Shown here: piece after piece, positions 26,446 to 34,566 of the stretch
Position numbering within the stretch: position 1 is the stretch's first letter
Layout: every line of letters starts with the position of its first letter
NCBI GenBank assembly: GCA_964591175.1
Contig: CAZQAF010000003.1
Span: 8,514-72,513, forward strand
DNA length: 64,000 bases
Direction of reading: 5' to 3'
Origin: an uncultured Desulfobacteraceae bacterium
Lineage (GTDB): Bacteria; Desulfobacterota; Desulfobacteria; Desulfobacterales; UBA11574
The notes under the pieces: generated by a model
The model's database searches: none
The model's input: the letters and a program-made list of their open reading frames with translations, nothing else
Told to the model about the DNA's origin: nothing
Position numbers and translations under genes: made by a program

Positions 26446-26664
26446 ATGCAAACCAGAACATTAGAATGCATCCAATGCGGCAATTCTTTCGAACTGTCGA
26501 ATTCCGAACAGGAATATTACAGGCAAAGAGGTTTCGATGAACCCAGGCGATGCCCCGGGTGCCGAAAGAATAAACGGCGTGAACCCGATAACGATAACCG
26601 CAAATTTCGAAATAAAAAGAAAAAATATTATCGAATGAAATATGATGATGATTCAATATTATAG
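26446..26664 (+). CDS. Small zinc-ribbon protein (CxxC...CxxC, zf-trcl-like) with a lysine/arginine-rich tail
   Basis: LECIQCGNSFELSNSEQEYYRQRGFDEPRRCPGCRKNKRR is followed by KFRNKKKKYYRMKY. Confidence 0.65.
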   Translation: MQTRTLECIQCGNSFELSNSEQEYYRQRGFDEPRRCPGCRKNKRREPDNDNRKFRNKKKKYYRMKYDDDSIL

Positions 26665-26676
26665 GAGGATCAAGAT

Positions 26677-26844
26677 TTGAATACCAGCGACAGATTGTAT
26701 TTTTCAAAACATGCATTAGATTCTAACTTCGATGCTTATTCAGATGAATTGGATATATTCGAATTCGAAGATAATTTGGACCAAAAGCATATTTTTCGTG
26801 AAAATAATTTCGATGAGGTTGATGATGGTTTATGGGAAGAATAA
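26677..26844 (+). CDS. Unlisted 55-aa highly acidic ORF (TTG start)
   Basis: My translation is MNTSDRLYFSKHALDSNFDAYSDELDIFEFEDNLDQKHIFRENNFDEVDDGLWEE. An AGGAGG RBS lies 8 nt upstream of the TTG. It is below the 60-aa cut-off of the ORF track. Confidence 0.4.
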   Translation: MNTSDRLYFSKHALDSNFDAYSDELDIFEFEDNLDQKHIFRENNFDEVDDGLWEE

Positions 26845-26865
26845 TCACCGGGACCTTAATGAAAA

Positions 26866-27228
26866 ATGAATCAAGAACAACTGACCTATTTTAAAAATAT
26901 CCTGGAAAACTGGCTCCACGAACTGTTGCATCATGCCGATGATTCAGTGGGCGGATTATTAGTGTCAGAATCTTCCATGCCGGATCTGCTCGATCGCGCG
27001 ACTTTTGAGGCGACCCACGACTTTAAACTGCGTATTCTTGATCGGGAAAGCATCTTGATTAACAAAATCAGGCAATCATTGGCAGATATCGAAAACGGTG
27101 AATATGGTATCTGCCAAATATGTGGCGGCGATATTTCCATCGAACGCCTGAAAGCCAGGCCTGTTGCCCATCATTGCATTAAATGTAAAACCCGAATGGA
27201 AGCCAAGGAGCGGTTGACCGGCACGTAA
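26866..27228 (+). CDS. dksA: DksA/TraR-family C4 zinc-finger RNA-polymerase-binding regulator
   Basis: A coiled-coil N-terminus is followed by CQICGGDISIERLKARPVAHHCIKCK. Confidence 0.85.
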   Translation: MNQEQLTYFKNILENWLHELLHHADDSVGGLLVSESSMPDLLDRATFEATHDFKLRILDRESILINKIRQSLADIENGEYGICQICGGDISIERLKARPVAHHCIKCKTRMEAKERLTGT

Positions 27229-27254
27229 TGTACAGTTGAAGAGCACCTTGCAAC

Positions 27255-27273
27255 CCCGGTGAACCGGGATTTT
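27255..27273 (+). terminator. Intrinsic terminator after dksA
   Basis: CCCGG-tgaa-CCGGG is followed by ATTTTC. Confidence 0.55.
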
Positions 27274-27538
27274 CACCATACGGTATATTCGGGCAGGCCC
27301 GCTTCGGGCTAACAAGATGCAGCGCCGCTATGGCAGGATTCAATGCAAGGAATTTTGCCTATTTTAGATTCGCTTGATAGCCCGTCAGCTTCGTTTAAGC
27401 GGGATTTCCGCACACAGCATAACCGAGACAAGTCCGCTGCGCTCAAACAAACTCCGGAGAATGCGCTCGCTGCTGCCGGTCCAATAAAGCGGATCAAAGG
27501 AATAACTTTTTACGAAAATTCATAAAAAAGGAGATGGT

Positions 27539-27808
27539 ATGAACAAAGGAGATTTGATCAATGAAGTGGCAAAAGTCGTCAGCACAAAAAAGGAAGCTCA
27601 AGCAGCCGTGGATTGTGTGCTGGACTCGGTTATTAAAACACTCAAAAAAGGACAAGATGTTGCGTTAGTGGGTTTCGGCACATTTAAAGTCGTAAAAAGA
27701 AAAGCCAGAAAAGGCCGAAATCCTGCAACCGGTGAAGAAATAGATATTAAAGCGACCAATGCACCGAAATTCGTTCCGGGCAAAGCCTTAAAAGAAGCTG
27801 TAAAATAA
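27539..27808 (+). CDS. hup: HU-family nucleoid-associated DNA-binding protein
   Basis: MNKGDLINEVAK, GFGTFKVVKRKARKGRNPATGEEI and PKFVPGKALKEAV are present. A GGAG RBS precedes the start. Confidence 0.9.
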   Translation: MNKGDLINEVAKVVSTKKEAQAAVDCVLDSVIKTLKKGQDVALVGFGTFKVVKRKARKGRNPATGEEIDIKATNAPKFVPGKALKEAVK

Positions 27809-27831
27809 GTATACGAAGGGTTGGGCCGTAT

Positions 27832-27864
27832 GGCATAATTACCCATGGTGCCGATATGCCTTTT
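27832..27864 (+). terminator. Possible intrinsic terminator after hup
   Basis: GGCATA-N17-TATGCC is followed by TTTTCTCTTTT. Confidence 0.35.
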
Positions 27865-27980
27865 CTCTTTTCATCGGCGGCGAAGGATATGGCCCCCGCC
27901 GCCGGTGAATCGATTTAAAAGGATTTCGGGCATTGTAAATCGATTTTGTCGACCGTAAAAATTCTTTGATTGATTAAACA

Positions 27981-28256
27981 ATGAAGTTGCACCCTATCAA
28001 AATGGATAATATGCAAGGATCTTATAAAAAAATCAAAGGAGTTTTACTTCCTGTCAGATGGGATGATAACGGAAGTGTACAAGACATCGCCCTGTATGCA
28101 GATGACGAAAATGAATACATTATCGTAAAAAACATAAAAAGCAAGGAAATGCTCAAAATGCTTCGACAGCAAGTAGAATTATACGGGACGGTTCAGTTTA
28201 AAAATGGAAAAAATATCATTCTTGTTGAAAGATTTTCACAAGAACCCGACGAGTAA
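27981..28256 (+). CDS. Hypothetical protein (91 aa)
   Basis: ORF only. I recognise no motif. Confidence 0.35.
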   Translation: MKLHPIKMDNMQGSYKKIKGVLLPVRWDDNGSVQDIALYADDENEYIIVKNIKSKEMLKMLRQQVELYGTVQFKNGKNIILVERFSQEPDE

Positions 28257-28307
28257 AAATCCTGTATCTTCTTTTCCGGATTCAAGACTTTGGCCATCGA
28301 ATACCGG

Positions 28308-29228
28308 TTAAAGCTCAATTTCCATCCCCTCCTTGGCCACCACGATATTTAGATCCCTTTGATTTTTCACGAGCTTTTGACAGTGCTTTTCAAGTAAAAT
28401 CAATTCCTTGTCGGTCCGAAGGGGGTCGTGATGAAAAAGAACGACTTTTTTGACATTGGCCGCGAGGGCGGATTCAATGGCGTGCTCAAAAAATGAATGC
28501 CCCCAGCCTATTTTTGATGAAATATATTCTTCCCTTGTATATTGACAATCATGAATGAGAATATCCGCATCTCGATAAAAATCGAGTAATTTTTCATTTT
28601 CTTTCCGCGCTGCTTCTTCTCCTTCAACATGAACGATGGGATCAATATCCGCAGTTTTTTCGTCCATGGAAAAGATGTTCCTAAAAGGCTCCGTGTCGTA
28701 GGCGGTGCACAATACTTTACCGTCAAATTCAAATCGGTATCCGAGACAAAGCAGCGGATGATTCAAATATTTTGTTTTCAACGTGATCCCGTCTCCAAGA
28801 TCCATTTTGCTTTCACCGAGCTGAAAGTACTTGATATCTGCCCTAAGCTCGCCATGGAGCACCGGAAAGTAACGGTAACGTAAAAGATCGCCGATAATTT
28901 TTTCAAGGGAATCGTCTTCAAAGGTTATCGGTCCGTAAACTTTCAGTGTCGTACCCGGAATATAAATGGGTCTGAAAAAAGGAAAGCCGATGATATGATC
29001 CCAGTGGGTGTGGGTTATGAATATTTCGGTATTTATGGGACCTTTCTTAATATCTTCTGATACGAGACGATTTCCCAGCGGATGAATCCCGGTTCCGGCA
29101 TCAATGATGATCAGTCTGTTTTTTTCACTGAACCGTAATTCCAAGCAAGGGGTGTTGCCCCCGAATTCCACCGTACTCGGTCCGGGGTATGCAATAGAAC
29201 CGCGTACACCCCAGAAGCGAAGCTTCAT
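28308..29228 (-). CDS. MBL-fold metallo-hydrolase
   Basis: RFWGVRGS and THTHWDHIIGFPFF carry the HxHxDH motif. I prefer the start MKLRFWG at 29228, which has a GGAGG RBS. Confidence 0.75.
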   Translation of the reverse strand: MKLRFWGVRGSIAYPGPSTVEFGGNTPCLELRFSEKNRLIIIDAGTGIHPLGNRLVSEDIKKGPINTEIFITHTHWDHIIGFPFFRPIYIPGTTLKVYGPITFEDDSLEKIIGDLLRYRYFPVLHGELRADIKYFQLGESKMDLGDGITLKTKYLNHPLLCLGYRFEFDGKVLCTAYDTEPFRNIFSMDEKTADIDPIVHVEGEEAARKENEKLLDFYRDADILIHDCQYTREEYISSKIGWGHSFFEHAIESALAANVKKVVLFHHDPLRTDKELILLEKHCQKLVKNQRDLNIVVAKEGMEIEL

Positions 29229-29238
29229 GGTCACCTCC

Positions 29239-30147
29239 TCAGCCGGCAACTTTTAGAAATATCTGAGCCTTTTCTATCTCTTGCTCAACCTCACCGTTAA
29301 ACCCATCAATATCATAAAATGACAATTCCGCACTATCCCCGAAATACTGCATCGCTTCAGGGTTGACATCTTCCATATAGTGATTTCCGGAAAAGCCGAT
29401 TCGGGCGCTGTTTGCATAATAGTCCGAAAGAATAACGGTAAAAAGTATATCGTTCTGGACACCTTGATATGTTTCCGGGGTGTGATGATAGGTTATGGTA
29501 TCTGAAATTTCTTCTCCCAGTTTCCACTTTTCAGCAATAAGATTTCCAACGTGGGTATGATCAATTCCAAGGCACTTTTTTTCAGAAATAAAAAGCGGTT
29601 GAGGCTCTTTTTTCGGAACTTCCAGGATATTCATGTATTCATTTGCAAATTTGCTGTTTAATGGTATTTTACCGATGTCATGCAAAAGCCCTGCAATGAA
29701 GTATCCCTCCAGCAGCCTATCATCTATTTTACGTTTTTTGGCGACCAACTTGGCGATTACCCCGACGCCGAGGGAGTGCTCCCAGAACATATCCATGTTC
29801 AAAGCCCGAAAGTTTTGGCGTTTTCCAAAGGTGTTCAACACGGTAGCGCCGAGAACCAGATTTTTAACTGTATTCATCCCCACCATAATAACAGCTCGAA
29901 CCGGAGAGATGATTTCGCGGGTGAGACCAAAATAGGCGGAATTGACCAGCTGCATAATTTTTCCCGTCAATACAGGATCCAGGCTGATGACTTTGGTTAA
30001 ATCCGTCGGCGAGGTATTTGACTCTGCGCAGATTTCCAAAACTTTGTCGATGGTTGAAGGGAAGGGAGGCAATTCCCTGATATAATGATCGAGTATTGTT
30101 AATCTTTGACAATATTCCAACGGTTGACCATTACCCTTTGAATACAT
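29239..30147 (-). CDS. HDOD-domain signalling protein
   Basis: LPPFPSTIDKVLEI, AGLLHDIGKIPL and the overall HDOD pattern. Confidence 0.75.
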   Translation of the reverse strand: MYSKGNGQPLEYCQRLTILDHYIRELPPFPSTIDKVLEICAESNTSPTDLTKVISLDPVLTGKIMQLVNSAYFGLTREIISPVRAVIMVGMNTVKNLVLGATVLNTFGKRQNFRALNMDMFWEHSLGVGVIAKLVAKKRKIDDRLLEGYFIAGLLHDIGKIPLNSKFANEYMNILEVPKKEPQPLFISEKKCLGIDHTHVGNLIAEKWKLGEEISDTITYHHTPETYQGVQNDILFTVILSDYYANSARIGFSGNHYMEDVNPEAMQYFGDSAELSFYDIDGFNGEVEQEIEKAQIFLKVAG

Positions 30148-30388
30148 TTAGTCTATAACGGCATTTTCCCAAGAGGAGATCAGTAGACGATCTATTCAAT
30201 TTATCGACATCCTGATTAAAAACTTGAATCAATTGTATGGGTGCGGACTTAAATAACGTGCTATTTGCTTAAATTGATTTATCAGGGCATATTGCTGTAA
30301 ATAGAGCACAATATATAGCAACTTATTTTAATAAAGTACAATATATTCTAATTCAATAAAATTATATATAAATTATATATAATTTTAC

Positions 30389-30417
30389 TTGACACAAAAG
30401 GATGACAAGTTTATGAT
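30389..30417 (+). promoter_or_regulatory. Strong sigma-70-type promoter for the XRE gene
   Basis: TTGACA (30389-30394), a 17-nt spacer, then TATGAT (30412-30417). It is embedded in AT-rich direct repeats. Confidence 0.55.
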
Positions 30418-30465
30418 ATAACTATTAAATATATAAAAAAACAATACGGCGGAAAATTTTCTTCC

Positions 30466-30663
30466 ATGAGCAAAAATCACTTAAAGGAAATTAGAGAATC
30501 ATTAATGATGAGCAAGGCCGAGCTCTCCAGAAAAGCCGGCATATCACCCATTACCATCACCCGGATCGAGCAGGGGATGCCTTGCAGAATGGAAACAAAG
30601 CGTAAAATACTTCTATCTTTGGGGTATAAAATTTCCGATAGGAATAAAATTTTTTCGGATTAA
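30466..30663 (+). CDS. XRE-family helix-turn-helix transcriptional regulator (65 aa)
   Basis: IRESLMMSKAELSRKAGISPITITRIEQG is a Cro/C1-type HTH. Confidence 0.75.
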   Translation: MSKNHLKEIRESLMMSKAELSRKAGISPITITRIEQGMPCRMETKRKILLSLGYKISDRNKIFSD

Positions 30664-30678
30664 CAATTAAGGCAGAGT

Positions 30679-31326
30679 TCAAGGATTTATCTTAAGTTTT
30701 TGTCCGGGGTGGATGACACTTCCGCCACTTAGTTTGTTGATTTTTTGCAATTGTTTCACTGTCACGCCGTATCGACGGCCGATGGTATAGAGTGTTTCAC
30801 CGGATTTAACAACATGATATCGGTTCTTCAGCGTTCTCTCGGATATTTTTACAGTTTTTGAAGATGTTGTTTTTCGTACTCCAGCCTTTAACACCTGTTG
30901 TTTGAGCTTTCCAAATTCTTTCGAGATCTGATCCATCCTTGCCGTCAATGTTTTTTCCGAACGATCAAAGCGGGTCTTGAGCTGTTCGACCGATTGGGAC
31001 TGTTCTCCAATTTGCGCCATTCCGTAACGCATGGCCTCCAATTTCTGACCCTTTTCTTCAACGCTCTTAACGCGATCTTCCAATGCATTGAGCCTGTTTT
31101 CAAACCGGGCCATCTTGTTTCTGGCAAATAACAACAGCAAAAGAATCAATAAAATTAAAAAGCCGATGCCCAATTTTGATAAAGGGATTTTTTCAGAAAT
31201 TTTGGGAGCATTCGTTCCGAATTTTACCTTCTTTTTCTCTTTGAATAGAGAAAATTGTTCGTTATCATCAACATCATTCGAAACGCCTTTAAACCTATCC
31301 ATCCTGTCATCGTCATTTTGTGTCAT
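30679..31326 (-). CDS. LysM peptidoglycan-binding protein with a TM segment and a coiled coil
   Basis: The C-terminus YHVVKSGETLYTIGRRYGVTVKQLQKINKLSGGSVIHPGQKLKI is a LysM domain. A central hydrophobic helix is GIGFLILLILLLLLF. Confidence 0.8.
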   Translation of the reverse strand: MTQNDDDRMDRFKGVSNDVDDNEQFSLFKEKKKVKFGTNAPKISEKIPLSKLGIGFLILLILLLLLFARNKMARFENRLNALEDRVKSVEEKGQKLEAMRYGMAQIGEQSQSVEQLKTRFDRSEKTLTARMDQISKEFGKLKQQVLKAGVRKTTSSKTVKISERTLKNRYHVVKSGETLYTIGRRYGVTVKQLQKINKLSGGSVIHPGQKLKINP

Positions 31327-31651
31327 GGCAAAGCCTTAAAAAATTAGGGTTATTTATACTTTTTTGCTCAAATTAAAAACCTGTAGCATAATTTTTCGGC
31401 AATTGAAAGAACCGGTTTCACAAAAAAGAAAAATGACAGCAAAAAACGAAATATGAATCAGAACCTTCGATCATATACCTTCAGCAATCAGCCTATTATG
31501 CGAAACCAGATGCTTCCGCGCATATCACATTGTCTTACCTATAGAATTTTATTGACAAATTTTAGTATTCCTTATAGGTAAGAAATTTGTTTTTTTCAAT
31601 CCCAAGAAAATGAATTTCCTCAACACTGCTCTTTTTAAGGAGGATCGAACG

Positions 31652-32034
31652 ATGGCCAATGATGTAATCGGATCGGTTCTGGTTTTAGGAGGTGGAATTG
31701 CAGGAATGCAATCCGCTCTGGATCTCGCCAATGCAGGATATTACGTTTATCTCGTAGAAAAATCTCCGTCCATCGGCGGCGTTATGTCCCAACTGGACAA
31801 AACCTTCCCCACCAATGATTGCGCCATGTGAATTATCTCACCGAAACTGGTCGAGGTCGGCCGGCATCTGAACATTGAAATTATCACATATGCGGATCTG
31901 GAATCTGTTGAAGGATCCGTCGGGAACTTCAAAGTGAAGGTTAGAAAACGTGCCCGTAGTATCAATATGGATCTTTGCACGGGATGCGGCAACTGCGTTG
32001 AAAACTGCCCTGTTATGTATCAGGCGATCAGCTA
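31652..32034 (+). CDS. hdrA: HdrA N-terminal fragment (127 aa) with an in-frame UGA (Sec) at 31829-31831; truncated relative to full-length HdrA (split gene or pseudogene)
   Basis: [80 protein letters not shown]...[19 protein letters not shown]. It has the FAD Rossmann GxGxxG, the TNDC(S/A)M(C/U)ILxPK motif and the first ferredoxin CxxCxxCxxxCP. An AAGGAGG RBS precedes the ATG at 31652. The track shows only 31610-31831. Confidence 0.7.
31837..31855 (+). other. Weak candidate SECIS hairpin after the hdrA-fragment UGA
   Basis: CUCACC-GAAACU-GGU(C)GAG is 6 bp with one bulge and starts 6 nt after the UGA. Confidence 0.2.
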
Positions 32035-32168
32035 ATTTTATCGCCGTTGCTGTCTGTTATAATTGCAGTTTATGCTGAAAACCCGTTTTTTTGTTCAAAT
32101 GAATTGGAACGAAGACAATGGTACCTGACATTTAACCTTTTTACTTCATTGATAAGGGTTGTTCCGTT

Positions 32169-32654
32169 ATGGAAAATAAAATGGATATCAATTGGAAGAA
32201 GATAGATGATATCACCAATGCGTATAATAATGACGGTGAAGCGTTGTTGATGATTATGCAGGATATCGGCGACATTTATAATTATGTCCCCCCGGAGGTG
32301 ATTCCTGTTCTGGTTGAAAAACTTGGCGTAAAACCGAGCCTTGTTTACAGCGTTGCCACCTTTTATAAGACGATTAGCCTTGAACCTCGTGGAAAATACA
32401 TCGTCAGCGTCTGTACCGGCACCGCATGTCATGTGCGAGGTGCTGAAAAAATTATGGAAGCGTTGGAAGATCGTCTCCATGTCAAAAAAAGCGAAACCTC
32501 TGAAGATCGTCTGTTTACCCTGGAGGCTGTTCGATGTGTCGGGTGCTGCGCTTCCGGGCCGGTTATCACCGTCAATCAGAATACCCACGGAGGCTTAAAC
32601 CGTTCCAGTGTAGTAAAAGTCATCGATGAATATGAAAACCAACACGTTTCTTAA
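32169..32654 (+). CDS. NuoE/HoxE/HndA-like [2Fe-2S] thioredoxin-fold subunit
   Basis: VSVCTGTACHVRGAEKIMEAL and CVGCCASGPV provide the four Cys of the NuoE-type cluster. Confidence 0.85.
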   Translation: MENKMDINWKKIDDITNAYNNDGEALLMIMQDIGDIYNYVPPEVIPVLVEKLGVKPSLVYSVATFYKTISLEPRGKYIVSVCTGTACHVRGAEKIMEALEDRLHVKKSETSEDRLFTLEAVRCVGCCASGPVITVNQNTHGGLNRSSVVKVIDEYENQHVS

Positions 32655-32685
32655 GCGGCATGGGTAATGGAGGTTATATAACACC

Positions 32686-34539
32686 ATGGCAAAATTAGAA
32701 AATAGATCGGCACTGGAATCATATCGAAACGCTCTTTTGACCGATCAGGAAAACCGGAAAAAGAAATTAATTTCTCTTTGTGCGGGTTCGGGATGCGGTG
32801 CCTATGGAACTGCAAAAGTGTATGACGCGTTAGTTCAGGAGTTGGCCAAGCAGGGATTGCAAAAGGACGTGGAGGTTAAGCTTTCGGGTTGTCACGGTTT
32901 TTGTGAGAAAGGACCGATTCTGGTGATTCATCCCGAAGGCATATTTTACCCCCAGATTAAAGAGGATCATATTCCTGATATTGTTGAAAAAACAATTAAA
33001 AACGGGGAACTGGTTCAATCCCTCGTTTATAAGGATCCTTCCACAAAAGAAAAAATTACACAAGAAAAGGATGTTTCTTTTTATAAACTTCAGCAGAGAG
33101 TTATTTTTGGAAATAACGGCGCCATCGACCCCACCAGCATTGAAGACTATATTGCGGTTGGCGGATATCAAGCGCTTGAAAAAGCACTTTTCGATATGAC
33201 GCCCGAAGAAATTATCGATCAAGTTAAAAAATCGGGCTTGAGGGGTCGCGGAGGCGGTGGATTCCCCACCGGTATCAAGTGGGAAACCTGCCACAGGCAT
33301 AACGGTGACAAATACGTCATCTGCAATGCCGATGAAGGAGATCCCGGCGCCTATATGGATCGAAGCCTTTTGGAAGGCAATCCCCATCTGGTTTTGGAAG
33401 GAATGATTATTGGCGCCGTTGCCATCGGTTCCAATCAAGGCTATGTATATGTACGACACGAATACCCGCTGGCGGTAAAAAACTTGTCCATTGCACTGCG
33501 GCGGGCTGAAGAGCTCGGTTTTCTGGGCAAGAATATCTTGGGTTCCGGACTCGATTTAAACATTCGTATCAGTCGCGGCGGGGGGGCCTTTGTGTGTGGT
33601 GAATCCACCGCCTTAATGGCATCTCTGGAGGGGATGCCCGGACGGCCCCGGGCCAAATATATCCATACCGTAGAAAAAGGATTCCGCAACAACCCGTCGA
33701 ATCTGAACAACGTGGAAACATGGGCCAATGTACCGGTAATCATCGATAAGGGAGCGGATTGGTATGCTGCCATCGGCACCGAGAGAAGCAAGGGCACCAA
33801 AATTTTTTCACTGGTCGGCAAAGTGACGAATACGGGGCTGGTGGAAGTGCCCATGGGGACAACGCTGCGCACCATTATTTACGATATCGGCGGCGGTATT
33901 CCAAATAAAAAGAAATTCAAAGCGGTTCAAACCGGGGGACCGTCAGGAGGATGCATTCCGGAGCAATTTTTAAATTTGGGGGTTGATTTTGATGAGCTGA
34001 CGAAGGTCGGTTCCATCATGGGCTCCGGCGGCATGATCGTGATGGATCAGGACACTTGTATGGTGGACGTGGCTCGATATTTTCTTGATTTCCTAAAAGA
34101 GGAATCTTGCGGTCAATGCAATCCCTGCCGTGAGGGAATAACGGCGATGCTGGATATTCTGACCGATATATGTCAAGGCAACGGCAAAGAAGGCGACATC
34201 GAGCTTTTGGAAGATCTGGGAATGATGATTCAAAAGTTTTCCCTTTGCGGATTGGGAACTTCGGCACCCAATCCCGTGCTGACGACGATACTCTATTTCC
34301 GGGATGAATATGAAGCCCACATAAAGGACAAAAAATGTCCGTCGGGTGTTTGCAAACCTTTATTTCACTATGAGATTGATGAAGACGCCTGCACCGGCTG
34401 CACCCTTTGTGCCAAACGATGTCCCGAGGAAGCCATTACCGGTGAAAAGAAAAAACCGCATCATTTAGATATGGGAAAATGCATAAAGTGCGGCATCTGT
34501 TATGATGCCTGTAAGTTCGATGCCGTACTCATCCAATAA
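32686..34539 (+). CDS. NuoF/HndC/HydB-like NAD(H)-binding FMN flavoprotein with an N-terminal [2Fe-2S] domain and C-terminal 2x[4Fe-4S]
   Basis: GLRGRGGGGFPTGIKW is the FMN/NADH site. ESCGQCNPCREG is the N3 cluster. CTGCTLCAKRCP and CIKCGICYDACK are ferredoxin motifs. The N-terminus has LCAGSGCGAYG...SGCHGFCEKGP. Confidence 0.9.
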   Translation: MAKLENRSALESYRNALLTDQENRKKKLISLCAGSGCGAYGTAKVYDALVQELAKQGLQKDVEVKLSGCHGFCEKGPILVIHPEGIFYPQIKEDHIPDIVEKTIKNGELVQSLVYKDPSTKEKITQEKDVSFYKLQQRVIFGNNGAIDPTSIEDYIAVGGYQALEKALFDMTPEEIIDQVKKSGLRGRGGGGFPTGIKWETCHRHNGDKYVICNADEGDPGAYMDRSLLEGNPHLVLEGMIIGAVAIGSNQGYVYVRHEYPLAVKNLSIALRRAEELGFLGKNILGSGLDLNIRISRGGGAFVCGESTALMASLEGMPGRPRAKYIHTVEKGFRNNPSNLNNVETWANVPVIIDKGADWYAAIGTERSKGTKIFSLVGKVTNTGLVEVPMGTTLRTIIYDIGGGIPNKKKFKAVQTGGPSGGCIPEQFLNLGVDFDELTKVGSIMGSGGMIVMDQDTCMVDVARYFLDFLKEESCGQCNPCREGITAMLDILTDICQGNGKEGDIELLEDLGMMIQKFSLCGLGTSAPNPVLTTILYFRDEYEAHIKDKKCPSGVCKPLFHYEIDEDACTGCTLCAKRCPEEAITGEKKKPHHLDMGKCIKCGICYDACKFDAVLIQ

Positions 34540-34566
34540 CCTACCGATATAACAAGGTTAAAACCC

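Noticed and set aside
27281-27520. The ~250-nt dksA-hup intergenic region as a possible 6S-like or other structured sRNA. The flanks are partially complementary (gcagcgccgc … gcgctcgctgctgc) and it has internal hairpins.
   Set aside because: The pairing is patchy. I recognise no known RNA-family signature and see no clear promoter/terminator pair. It cannot be supported without a covariance or expression test.
30359-30380. The AT-rich tandem repeat (aaattatatat x2) and nearby direct repeats considered as a CRISPR array or minisatellite.
   Set aside because: There are only two short units with no spacers and no cas genes. They are better explained as operator or promoter-region repeats.
31552-31580. 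Sigma-70 promoter for the hdrA-fragment/nuoEF operon: TTGACA at 31552-31557, flanked by an 11-nt inverted repeat (cttacctatag … cttataggtaag).
   Set aside because: The -35 is perfect. The best -10 candidates are poor (TAGGTA at 17 nt) or mis-spaced (TATAGG at 15 nt). It is too uncertain to list as a feature.
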